DNA of 64,000 nucleotides from Eledone cirrhosa (GCA_964016885.1 OZ024743.1:69626001-69690000), one strand, 5' to 3'. Counted from the stretch's first letter, positions 28,246 through 40,206 are shown. Made by a program: numbers and translations. The notes: generated by a model not told the origin, from the sequence alone.

Positions 28246-29448
28246 ATACTTGGGGAGGGTCATATTTGTGTAATATTGCCAGAATTAATAACAGAACACA
28301 CTCACTGTTTGGTTGGTTTTCGCTTCTGTGTCTTTTATATCGGTTAATTTCATTTATTCGGTCCTCAATGTTGCCATTGACTGACCAATGGTCAAAAATA
28401 CAGAGACACTATAGACACAAACACATATATATAGTCTATCAAAGTTCTTTAGTCGCACATCTGCAACATCGTCAGTGTTGCTATTATGTTTCCTCCCGTT
28501 GCATTGTATGCTTACGCCATCTTTATTTAGTCTGTTTATTTATTTATTTAATTGTTTCTTTTTTGTTTGTCTTTTCTGCGCATGCGTTTGCGTATAGTGT
28601 TTTGTTTGATGTGTGTTCTTGTTTGGGTGACTGTGTATTGGTTAATGTATTCTATCTTAGTTTACTAGTGTGTGTTTATATGTGTTTGTTGTTATTGTGC
28701 TTGTGTTTATCTATTTATTTATTTATCTATCTATCTATTTATACTTCTCATAGGTCAGTGTTGTTTGTTTGGGTATTGTTGTTATTCCATTCATTTTTTC
28801 TGTTTAGCCTTGGCCTTCTAAGTTCTATTTCACTGGCCTCTCTGATTTGCCTATCTGCCGGGTCATTTCTATGTTTAGATATTATTCTAACTTCTATGTT
28901 GTCTATGTTACCGTTGTGCTGTTGTCTGGCATGTTCGTATTATACTGAACCGGTTTTTCCTCCTTTTAGTTCCTCCCAGTTTTGGTCTATCCTTTCACCT
29001 ATGCTACGAGCTGTCTTGCCTATGTATGTTGTTTTCATGTTTCTGCAAGTACCCTCTGTACATCTTATGCTATAGACTACGTTTCTAGTTTTACAGTTTA
29101 TCCAGGGGTTTACTCTACATATGATACATTTCCTATTAGTACAGTGGGTTTTCTTAAAAGGGTAGGTTTTGCTGATCAGGGATTTTATGGCGGTTCCTGG
29201 CTTTTCTACCACCTTAATCTTTAAGTGGGTCTTTCTCAGGTTTCTACACTGGTTAGCTAATTTCCCTCCAGGAGTAGCGTCCACAAACATGACACTCTGG
29301 TATCTCTGGTTGTCGTACCATGAGGTGGCTTTCCCTATCTTATGTCTAGTCCTATCTAAGCTATTCCACGATTTTCTCCTGTATAATGGGCAAATTCCTT
29401 TCATGTCCAGTTCTATGAGGATCTTATACTTCTCCGTGGCTCCTTCGT
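28246..29448 (-). mobile_element. 5'-truncated Penelope-like element: Zn-finger linker + GIY-YIG endonuclease + 3' UTR/pLTR (clade uncertain, Nematis/Neptune-like)
   Basis: SVMFVDATPGG...KVVEKPG...CTNRKCIIC...CKTRNVVYSIRC....C....TTYIGKTARS..ER, then a premature stop near 28940, then EHARQQH...DRQIREA.EI....PRLNRKNEW. A decayed CTGACGA core lies at ~28440-28480. Confidence 0.85.
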
Positions 29449-29527
<79 letters not shown>

Positions 29528-29599
29528 TATTATGAAGAGAGAAGAAACATTTAGATATAATTAGAAATAAAATGTATCATACCTAAAGTGCTCCTAGAT

Positions 29600-29689
29600 T
29601 CCTCGACTACGTAGTTTCGTGGCATAAACAAAAGCAATACATCATAAAGATATAGAGTCCCTGCGAGGTCTTCCTACTTATCAAGAGGA
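29600..29689 (-). ncRNA. Type I hammerhead ribozyme, U3:A8 variant (family A, stem II slightly mutated)
   Basis: Reverse complement of TCCTC-TTGATAA-GTAGGAA...TGCCAC-GAAA-CTACGTAG-TC-GAGGA. Confidence 0.7.
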
Positions 29690-30193
29690 TACCTCATTTT
29701 ACTAGTCTCAAGAACGCGTCTACACGACGTGAGAAAGAATCCCAAAAGGCGGAGGGGGAGATAGTCACGCGATATAACGGTCGAGAAACAGAGTTAAGCC
29801 TCTTATAACCCCGAAGAAAATACCACAGAGGCGGAGGGGGTATTTATATCGAAGCCGTAGAAGAGGTGGTGAAGGGGGCGAGAAGTATGAGTAATGGCAG
29901 CTTTCCAGCAGCCACCACACTTCAAAGATTACTCAACCAGAGGGAGTTATTAACAATATATTTAGAAACACACAGATACATGCGGAACACACACATATAC
30001 ATGAATGCATCCACACCCAACCGTGAGTTAAGGGTGCCAATCTCACCGATGTTGCTCAATGAATGACTGGGACAGACCAATCCGGTTGAACCAGACTGAA
30101 CCAGTATCAGAGTTAAAAATACATTATGAAGAGAGAAGAAACATTTAGATATAATTAGTAATAAAATGTATCATACCTAAACTGCTCCTAGAT

Positions 30194-30283
30194 TCCTCGA
30201 CTACGTAGTTTCGTGGCATAAACAAAAACAATACATCATAAAGATATAGAGTCCCTGCGAGGTCTGCCGACTTATCAAGAGGA
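30194..30283 (-). ncRNA. Type I hammerhead ribozyme, U3:A8 variant (family A)
   Basis: Reverse complement of TCCTC-TTGATAA-GTCGGCA...TGCCAC-GAAA-CTACGTAG-TC-GAGGA. Confidence 0.8.
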
Positions 30284-30427
30284 TACCTCATTTTACTAGT
30301 CTCAAGAACGCGTCTACACGACGTGAGAAAGAATCCCAAAAGGCGGAGGGGGAGTTGTCACGCGATATAACGGTCGAGAAACAGAGCTAAGCCTCTTATA
30401 ACCCCGAAGAAAATACCATATATATAT

Positions 30428-30640
30428 TTAAAATAGAATAGGCTTCAAGAAGACTAGAATTGTTTCATTCGGGAGAACTCATCATCAAACCTGCTGTCCA
30501 AGTAGTATGGTGGTATTTATATCATTTCTGGTGGTAGGAGAGGGTGGTGATTGAGAATCGGAGGTAACCAATGTTAGTAAATTACTCATTACATTAGAGT
30601 TTAATAGAGAAATGACTTCTACAGGACTAGAACAGTTTCA
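30428..30640 (-). repeat. ~170-bp unit plus a partial second unit (family E; homologous to the arms of 39919-40139)
   Basis: CTTC.A.A.GACTAGAA...TTTCA occurs at ~30443 and ~30616. GAATCGG.GGTAACCA...TACTCA.TACA is shared with 39930-39970. Confidence 0.65.
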
Positions 30641-30716
30641 TATTATTATTTTCAATTATTTTCTAATCCCGTAGAACCTATTTCTATATTAAACTTGTTT
30701 ATATATATATAAATAT

Positions 30717-30770
<54 letters not shown>

Positions 30771-30772
<2 letters not shown>

Positions 30773-30912
30773 CAAAGAGGGTGCAGTAAGATACCAGATG
30801 GACCATGACGCAACAGAGAACTCAATACGTAGGGTAGTAGAATGGCTAATAGGAAAAGAGTTACGACCCCAACAGCTGATCTCAGCCGTTGGGGTTCTGT
30901 GACTTTTCCTAT
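30771..30912. mobile_element. Naiad-family pLTR fragment folded back at HHR stem III
   Basis: ATAGGAAAAG..TTAC-GACCCCAACAGCTGATCTCAGCCGTTGGGGT..GTGACTTTTCCTAT, flanked by TA tracts. Confidence 0.75.
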
Positions 30913-30914
30913 AT

Positions 30915-30972
<58 letters not shown>

Positions 30973-31081
30973 CCTGAAATTAAGATGCTAATTGAATCTG
31001 CGTATGTCTTTTCTATTATCTTGAACTATATATATACTTATATATAATTATAAATATATATACAATTACCATCTTAATTTC

Positions 31082-31118
<37 letters not shown>

Positions 31119-31141
31119 ATGTTTAATATAGAAATAGGTCC

Positions 31142-31210
<69 letters not shown>

Positions 31211-31230
31211 GTATGTGTGTGTATGTGTGG

Positions 31231-31268
<38 letters not shown>

Positions 31269-31509
31269 CATAATCTAACCAGACCAGAGACTACAGACCA
31301 GTAGCTAATAAATGTCACTAATAACAGTCCGAGAAACAAGTAGAAAGTCTATGTGTCGGAGGAGATAAAAAGAGAAAAAAGAAACAAATCTAGTAGAGAT
31401 GAGAAGAAAGAAATCGGTAAATTACCATAAAAAGCTAATTAAGATTTTATGGAAAAGACCTCCTTTGTAATCAACTGAATGGTCATTAGACATTTCACAC
31501 ACGCACACC

Positions 31510-31555
<46 letters not shown>

Positions 31556-31664
31556 CGTGAGTGTGTATATATATTTGTATATACATATATATATATTACA
31601 GTTGTATATCTATCTATCTCTCTCTATATATATAAATATATGTACACACACACACACACATATG

Positions 31665-31715
<51 letters not shown>

Positions 31716-32059
31716 CATTATATATGTATATAAAGTATATACACGTGTGTGTCTCCGTGTGTGTGTGGCAGAGGAAGAGAGGAAGATCAGAGGGAAAGAC
31801 TAGAAAGAGTATGTTTAAAATAGAGAAACGCAGCCAGACTTAATGATCAACTATATATTCCTAAGTCTATGTCACGATAATTAACGTGTGTAAGCTGTTC
31901 AATTTATCTTTTTAAACTACGGCACTGTGATATAATAATAGTGACACTGGGGTCTCTGAATTACTGAACCTCTCTCTCCCTGCGGTTGTAGGGGCCCCCC
32001 TTACTGATTTTGAGAGCTGTGCCATTCTAAATATTGATCGTTTACATGAGTTTTTTTTT

Positions 32060-32430
32060 CCACCAAAGCAGCGGTAAGTGCTCAATTCGATGCCCTTCTC
32101 AACAACCTGTATCCTTCTTTATGACGTGTGTCCTCGCATCTGTGGCCCAACGCCTCAGCCTCCGCGTGTGTGAACCACACAAATGCCATTCTGGGGCTGT
32201 CTTTGACATGTTTGTGCAGCACCTACTGTCATCTCGCCAGAGCGCAGGCCGCTTTCCCCGACATGCCGCTCTCAATGACATATTGAGAAAGAGCCTGAAT
32301 GTAGCAGGTTTTCTATAACAACTGGAGCCAGCAGGCCTCGACCGCGGAGAAGGCAAGCGACCCGACGGAATTTCTCTTTTCCCATTCGAATGGCGTAAAT
32401 CCCTTATCTGGGACACCACGTGTCATGACA
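32060..32430 (+). pseudogene. CRE-clade LINE fragment (Zn knuckle + PD..D restriction-like endonuclease)
   Basis: VAQRLSLRVCEPHKCHSG....QHLLS...[42 protein letters not shown]...[10 protein letters not shown]. Confidence 0.85.
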
Positions 32431-33102
32431 GGTTCTCTTGAGTATTTTAAACACAGCCAATGCTCTCCTTAGAAGGAGATATAGAAGAAGAATCGATCCC
32501 AGTACTGGAACAACGACATGCAAAGTTAACTTCACCGTATTTCAACTCAGAGCGCAACGAACCGGAACGTATATCTCAAAGAATTTTATCACATTTTCAA
32601 TTGACTCTGCCAATTCGCCAAATATCTCCATAAATATGAAAGTCTATGAAAGACAATATCAAAGAGATTGGCTAATTTGAAACGAGACCATAAATACTAA
32701 ACACGGTTATGGATATATACATATATTTCTATTCTGTTCAATTAATGTACGGCCTACTCTAATCTAAGTTAATCCTTCTTTCGGAAGCAGAAATACAAAT
32801 ATGTTTATCTTGCAATATCTCCAGCATATCTATTTATGAATTTAAGCAGGAGAATGGTTCAGATGTCAAAGTGTACATGTCATTCATCTATCGGAAAGAT
32901 GGCCAGAATTGAACATTTCTTCTAAATGTCAACACACCTCATAACATATATATAGTTAAAATGTGTCTTTGCACGTATAAGCTCGCATATCTAAGGAGAT
33001 GTCGAAAAAGAGTCGAGCCCCGTCACTCTGATTGTAACCTGAATTAATCGATACCGAAACAACTGATTTCGGTTCTTTTAAATATATATATCTATATATA
33101 TT

Positions 33103-33134
<32 letters not shown>

Positions 33135-34179
33135 AAGAGAGATAAAAAGTGAAAGAGAGATAGAAAGAAAAAGAGTGATGTGTGTGTTATTGAGGTCAAA
33201 GTGCGTATGTCATTGGTCGATCGAGTAGATCGCGAGAATTGAACACTATATTCTAAATACCAATATACTCATTAACACTGCACTGGTGAGAGCGGTGATT
33301 TGATATACCACCTTCTTTTACTGACAGATATATTGGTCCAGGAAGGAGACCTCTCCTAATTGCTCTACCTACTAGAAATAGCAGCCAAGTACTTCTCAAA
33401 ATCTATAACTTACTGTCTTAAAAATGTTGAGACGCATTGGATGAAAAGTAAAGAAAAAAATTATTGTCATATTTGGGGTGAGTCATGCTGTTATAATCTT
33501 GCCAGAAATATATAATAAAACAGACTGTTTAGTTTGAAATGGTTTTCGCTTCAGTCTATTTCAGTATATATAATGAAAAATAATACAGCCGTTTTTCGCA
33601 ATGAAGTATGACTTTCTAGTATATGCACCATGTATTCGCTTAAGAGCATTCACTGCTCATCCAAGCACGGGCACACAGGACCACCCTATTAACATTACCT
33701 CCTGTGATCACACGGAACATCCATGATGTGACAGCTGGAAGGAAATCGGCCTTCACCAGCATTGGATGGGTATTCTCTTTGTTTACACCGAAAAGAGGAA
33801 AGGTACAGTTGGACTTCGGTGGGATTTAGACTCGGGACACAGAGACCGGGAACAAATATAAAATGCTCTGACGTTTCTACGAAGTCGACCGCATGAAAAT
33901 GTATTGGATAATGTAGACTTCAATATACATTTGCTGAATGAAAGATGAGATAGTCATAATTGGAAAGCTTAAACACATGTCTCTGTTCTGTCCTTGATGA
34001 CGTTAGAGTAAATCCTTACTGAATCTTTATATAATTCAACATCAAAAACATAAATACACACACGCAGGCGGATATTATCGTTGGCTTAAACACTCGAAAT
34101 GAACTCCTTTAAAAATGGATAATGGTCTTTTACGTACCTTTGTTTATATGTATGTCTATGTTTATGAATGTGTGTGTAT

Positions 34180-34241
<62 letters not shown>

Positions 34242-34245
34242 ATAA

Positions 34246-34926
34246 TGGCCTTTAATGCGACGAAATGCCTACGACGGTTGGAAGGCTACTGATGAGGACA
34301 AACTTTTTCATATGTAACCCATTTGCAGCGTCGCAGCTCCATTATTATCATATTTACACATATATTTTTTCCTCCGCTGCCACCAGTCTGTTTCGTTCTT
34401 TGTGTCTTTACCCTTTCTAGCAGTCTCTCTCTCTCTGTTAGCCTCTTCCTCACCTTTCACTCACTCACTCTCTGTCACTACCTCTACTCCTCCCCTTTCT
34501 TCCCGTTTGACCTGTCCGTAATCCTTTTCTCGCGGACACTTGGCCAAGCCGGTATGAATTTTTTTTCTCTCTATCTCGTCTGCGACTTCACAGAACTTAT
34601 GTTTACAGAATTCGCAGACGAGACCCCTTCTTCCTCCCATAAGACCTGTGCGAAATTCCTTCCTTGCTCACATTTCAACCAGGTTTGATGGTCTTTATTC
34701 TCTCGTTCACGATTCCACCGAATTTATATTCATAGAAATCTGGGACTTGTTTCTTCTTCATCACTTTCTGTTGCTTAAACCATTTTGTTTGTTTACCCTA
34801 GCGTCCCCCTTATTTACGTGTCCCAACGACTTTTTTTAGCCGTTGCTCGCACCAACCTGAGGTATATGTCCTTTAATGCGACGAAATGCCTACGACGGTT
34901 GGAAGGCCACTGATGAGGACAATCTT

Positions 34927-34932
<6 letters not shown>
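34246..34932 (+). mobile_element. Family F: ~622-bp unit with ~60-bp terminal direct repeat containing CTGATGA; another copy at 41330-41770
   Basis: CTTTAATGCGACGAAATGCCTACGACGGTTGGAAGGC.ACTGATGAGGACAA.CTTTTTCATAT at 34250 and 34872, flanked by TA tracts. Confidence 0.75.
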
Positions 34933-34983
<51 letters not shown>

Positions 34984-35012
34984 TATATATATGTGTATAT
35001 ATATATATATAT

Positions 35013-35222
35013 AACGAAGGAAATGTGGTAGGGAACCAGATGGACTATAACGTACCAAAGTACTCAATACTTAGGGTAGTAGAGTGGGTAATAGGAACAA
35101 GTAGGACCCCGACGGCTGGGCTGAAGCCGTTACGACGGCTAGTTGTGGACTCAGAATTAGCCGTCCAGAATTAGCCGTCGAAACGGCTAGTGCTCAGCCG
35201 TCGGGGTCCTACTCGTTCCTAT

Positions 35223-35228
<6 letters not shown>
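35013..35228. mobile_element. Inverted pair of Naiad-family pLTR ends (partial HHRs) with an 18-nt-scale junction duplication
   Basis: AACGAAGG...GACCCCGACGGCTG..AGCCGTTACGACGGCTA, then CAGAATTAGCCGTC twice, then GAAACGGCTAGTGCTCAGCCGTCGGGGTC...TTCCTATTACCC(TA)n. Confidence 0.8.
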
Positions 35229-35280
<52 letters not shown>

Positions 35281-35523
35281 AAAATTAAAATGAATCAAAG
35301 TCGTTTACCAATCGATTAATTGGTGAAATATATTTCTTTAATGGAATATATACAGGGAAGATTAATCATATTATAAGGTATCTATTTTTGAAGTTCTAGT
35401 TAACTTTATTAAGTTGCCTACCTAGCTATGTGTGCTTGCACACTTGTAAAAAATATCCCCTGTGATTGTTTCATATGTTTATTTATATGTTAATCAGTTT
35501 CTAGTTGTTATATGTATATATAT

Positions 35524-35816
35524 CTCCTACTACCCACTCTACTACCCTAAGTATTGAGAACTCTGGTGCGTTATGGTCCATCTGGTTCCTTACCACAACT
35601 CCTTCGTTATATATATATATATATATATATATATCTCACATAAGAGACGGAGAATCAGTGGTGCGACGATTTAAAATTTATTAGACATACTACAATCGCA
35701 GGCGGATATTATTGTTTGCTCAAAAATGGATAAAGATCTTGTACGTACCTTTGTTTATATGTATGTCTATGTTTATGAATGTGTGTATATATGCATATGT
35801 ATATATATACATATAC

Positions 35817-35847
<31 letters not shown>

Positions 35848-36006
35848 TATATATATATATAAATATATACATAGGAGAAAGTATTACCCCGACGGCAGAG
35901 CTCTGCCGTCGGCGTCATACGTTCTCCTATTACCCACTCTACTACCCTAAGTATTGAGAACTGTGGTGCGTTATGGTCCATCAGGTTCCTTACCACAACT
36001 CCTTCG

Positions 36007-36008
<2 letters not shown>
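35524..36008 (+). mobile_element. Two further Naiad-family pLTR 3' ends (35524-35608 and 35871-36008), each ending CCTTCGTT-(AT)n
   Basis: Shared TACCCACTCTACTACCCTAAGTATTGAGAACT.TGGTGCGTTATGGTCCATC.GGTTCCTTACCACAACTCCTTCGTT. There is a perfect 24-bp palindrome at 35889-35912. Confidence 0.8.
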
Positions 36009-36050
<42 letters not shown>

Positions 36051-36141
36051 CGAAGGAAATGTGGTAAGGAACCAGGTGGACCATAACGCACCAAAGTACT
36101 CAATACTTGAGGTAGTAGAGTGGATAATAGGAACCAGTAAG

Positions 36142-36235
36142 ACCCCGACAGCTGAGCCCAAGCCGTTTCGACGGCTAATTCTGGACTAAATGAAAATTTA
36201 TCCTGGTATTTAAATAGCCGATCTTCTCAAGGGGT
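36142..36235 (-). ncRNA. Type I hammerhead ribozyme, U3:A8 variant, in the inverted pLTR
   Basis: Minus strand: ACCCC-TTGAGAA-GATCGGCTA...TAGCCGTC-GAAA-CGGCTTGGGCTCAGCTG-TC-GGGGT. Confidence 0.78.
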
Positions 36236-36245
36236 AATTCCATAT

Positions 36246-37439
36246 ATGGTCAAAGTGATTGTCAAAAAACAACTCACTGATATGTTTCCTGCATTCGGTG
36301 GTGGATTGTACCGTGATGATGGGCTCCTTACCCTTAAAGGGTACAACCCCAGTAGTACAGATCGGGTCCGGAAACAATTAATCAGATTCTTCCGCGACTG
36401 GGGATTTAAAATAACCCTACAAACGTCCCTGACCCGAGTAAACTTCCTGGACGTAACCCTCGACCTCGAAAACGACCTGTACTACCCATACAGGAAACCT
36501 AATGACAATCTGCACTACATCCACCGCCGATCAAACCATCCTAGGAACATCACAAACAACCTGGTCAAAAACATCTCCCTCCGCATATCCCGTTTGTCAG
36601 CTAATGAGCGGATATTCGATGAACATGCGCCTTATTACAACCAGGCCCTCAAGCGGAGTGGTTTCCGGGAGGAAATATCCTACTGCCCAGCTCCCATTAG
36701 CGGAACCAGCAGGAGACACCGCCGCTCACGCAATGTAACATGGTTCAATCCTCCCCACAACGCAGAGGTGACTACTCCCATCGGGAAACTATTCTTTAGG
36801 CTCATTGAAAAACACTTCCCATTACAACACCGCTACCACAACATAATTAACAAAAATACCATCAAACTCTCTTACAGCACTACACCAAACTTCGCACAAA
36901 ACATCGTCTCCTCTAACAACAAAAAACTCAACCCCGATGGCAGAAATAACCTAATTAGCAGTGGAGAACCGACCAGGAGGTGTAACTGCCCGGATAGATC
37001 TATTTGCCCACTCGACAATAGATGCAGAGACCGTAATGTGATCTACCAGTGCAACGTGAGGACGGATACCTCCAACAAAGCCTATATAGGACTTACCGCA
37101 TGTGACTTCAAGACCCGGCTATACCAACATAGACATACCTTCCGAAACCCGGCCCGGCGTCACGCCACTACACTTTCGGGCCACATATGGGACCTCAAGG
37201 ACAACAACATCACCTATGATCTCACTTGGAGATTACTGTCCAGAGCCAATTCTTACACGGGAGGACGCCGTCCGTGCAATTTATGCTCGGAGGAAACTTT
37301 ACAAATGCTGTTTTCGACGGACCAACTCCTAAACAAGAAAGATGAACTGGTTACTGCATGTAAACATAGATTGCGTAGGACTTACCTCGCCCTCAAACCC
37401 CATAATGACCCGGGGGGGGGGGGGGGGGGGGTAGACTAG
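36246..37439 (+). CDS. Penelope-like polyprotein C-terminal half: RT (YRDD) + thumb + Zn linker + GIY-YIG endonuclease
   Basis: GLYRDDGL, VNFLDVTLDL, PYRKPN, SNHP, WFNPP, CNC....CPL...C, VIY...AYIGLT...FKTR, CNLC.EE, LNKK.E....CKH. The first ~8 codons come from the inverted pLTR and are not a real start. Confidence 0.92.
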   Translation: MVKVIVKKQLTDMFPAFGGGLYRDDGLLTLKGYNPSSTDRVRKQLIRFFRDWGFKITLQTSLTRVNFLDVTLDLENDLYYPYRKPNDNLHYIHRRSNHPRNITNNLVKNISLRISRLSANERIFDEHAPYYNQALKRSGFREEISYCPAPISGTSRRHRRSRNVTWFNPPHNAEVTTPIGKLFFRLIEKHFPLQHRYHNIINKNTIKLSYSTTPNFAQNIVSSNNKKLNPDGRNNLISSGEPTRRCNCPDRSICPLDNRCRDRNVIYQCNVRTDTSNKAYIGLTACDFKTRLYQHRHTFRNPARRHATTLSGHIWDLKDNNITYDLTWRLLSRANSYTGGRRPCNLCSEETLQMLFSTDQLLNKKDELVTACKHRLRRTYLALKPHNDPGGGGGGVD

Positions 37440-38541
37440 GGCTATAACACCCCAGTTGCTGATTTTGCAATGGGTAACCCCTGCTTGCCAAGGAAGACGT
37501 AAGATCTTCTTTGTATTCTTTTATCGCTTCCTTTATTTCCTCCCCCCCCCTCCCCTTTGTCCTTCTACCCCAGCTCTTCTCCTTTGTCGGCGTCTTTTCT
37601 CGCCCACCCGAGGCTGCCCTTTGGCCCCATGTAGCCTTAGTACCCCCCCCCCCCCTCCCCTAGTCTTTGATAGATTTGGCGGACTCCGCCCCTTATAGCA
37701 GTTGGCTTAGACCCCGGATACTTTCCCCCTTTTTCCGACCGCTCCCACTATTCTCTGTGCCCTCTATATTTCTTAGTGGCACTTGCCTTATTTTTTCGTT
37801 TCAGTATTTCTTGCTTCGCTTTTCTTCTGGGCGGGGTGGATTCTGAATTTATTTCTCCGTATTCTACCTTTATTTCGTACGAACTTTCATGTAGCTTGTT
37901 TTAGATCTTTTAGAGTTAGCATTAGTATATATTTTTCTCGGGACTCAGAATTATTATCTCGTACAAGTTCACTTTGCTGCACTGGGTCGTTGCTGGCCCG
38001 GGATGGAAACCTTTATTGTTTATTTCGTGGTAGTCTCTTTAGTATTTTGGCCCCTTTTGTTGACCCGTCACCGTATCATTTACGTACTTATACCTCTTAA
38101 AAGGGTCCTTGCCTAATCCGTCCCACCTAGTTCTCTTACTTATTTCCTTATTTATTTATTTATTTATTTATTTACTTCTTTCTTTTTTTCTTTATTTTAT
38201 TCTCGCCTAACAATAGCCTGACACCTAGGTCGTAGAATTTAATTTACTTTACTTTTCTTTACACTTATTTGCCTTTCTTCACTCTCAGTATTTTTTTTTT
38301 CTTTCCTATTTCTACCCCCCATTGTTCTACCTACCGTTCCGACTTCCTCCCCCTCCCCCTCCCCTGTATCTTCTTTGACCTCATGCCCAGCTGTAGCTGG
38401 CACTACCAACGCTTGATTGGGTCTACTCCACCCCCTCCCCTCTTTCTCCTACTGGCAGGTTTAGCCACCATCTCCCCTACTAATTTGCAACCACAGAATT
38501 ACTACTGATTTTTGACAATCACTTTGACCATATATGGAATT

Positions 38542-38635
38542 ACTCCTTGAGAAGATCGGCTATTTAAATACCAGGATAAATTTTCATTTAGTCCAGAATT
38601 AGCCGTCGAAACGGCTTGAGCTCAGCTGTCGGGGT
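38542..38635 (+). ncRNA. Type I hammerhead ribozyme, U3:A8 variant, in the 3' pLTR
   Basis: Stem I ACTCC/GGGGT; core TTGAGAA(38547-38553); stem II GA(T)CGGCTA/TAGCCGTC; GAAA; stem III ACGGCT/AGCTGT; GUC, predicted cleavage after 38630. Confidence 0.8.
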
Positions 38636-38647
38636 CTTACTGGTTCC

Positions 38648-39852
<1,205 letters not shown>

Positions 39853-39918
39853 ACTATAAAGCATGTCCATAGAATATTTTGATAATATATATACACCATT
39901 TCCATATATATAGGTAAG

Positions 39919-40139
39919 TTATTCCGAGTTGAATCGGCGGTAACCACAGTAAGTAAGGTACTCAATACATAGCAGAGTATAAAAGTTTTAATATAGATTA
40001 GATTCTACAGGACTAGAACTGTTTCTACGGAATGAAACAGTTCTAGTCTGCTAGAAGCCATTCTATATTAAATATGTATACTCTGTTTTGTATTGAGTAC
40101 CTTACTTACTGTGGTTATCCCCGATTGAAACCGGGATAA
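39919..40139. repeat. Fold-back inverted repeat of family E (~105-bp arms)
   Basis: AACCACAGTAAGTAAGGTACTCAATACA...GACTAGAACTGTTTC mirrored by GAAACAGTTCTAGTC...TGTATTGAGTACCTTACTTACTGTGGTT. Confidence 0.85.
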
Positions 40140-40166
40140 ATTTATATATATATATATATCTGTGTA

Positions 40167-40206
<40 letters not shown>

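Larger units (their letters stand above)
29531..30417 (-). mobile_element. Family A tandem repeat, about 1.5 units of a 594-bp monomer, with two HHRs
   Basis: TATGAAGAGAGAAGAAACATTTAGATATAATTAG recurs at 29531 and ~30125. Flanked by (TA)n on both sides, with no credible ORF. Confidence 0.9.

Noticed and set aside
28266-29075. 269-aa hydrophobic plus-strand ORF resembling a membrane protein
   Set aside because: It is antisense to the A-rich Penelope GIY-YIG/3' UTR, and the hydrophobicity follows from T-richness.
34835-34925. Twister or HDV-like ribozyme in family F
   Set aside because: Partial resemblance only (TAATGCG, GGTTGGAAGGCC). The conserved twister L1 GA and the HDV G1/P3-L3 elements could not be placed.
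36246-38510. Selenocysteine recoding/SECIS, as reported for some Naiad elements
   Set aside because: There is no in-frame TGA in the retained ORF, and no SECIS could be recognised by eye.
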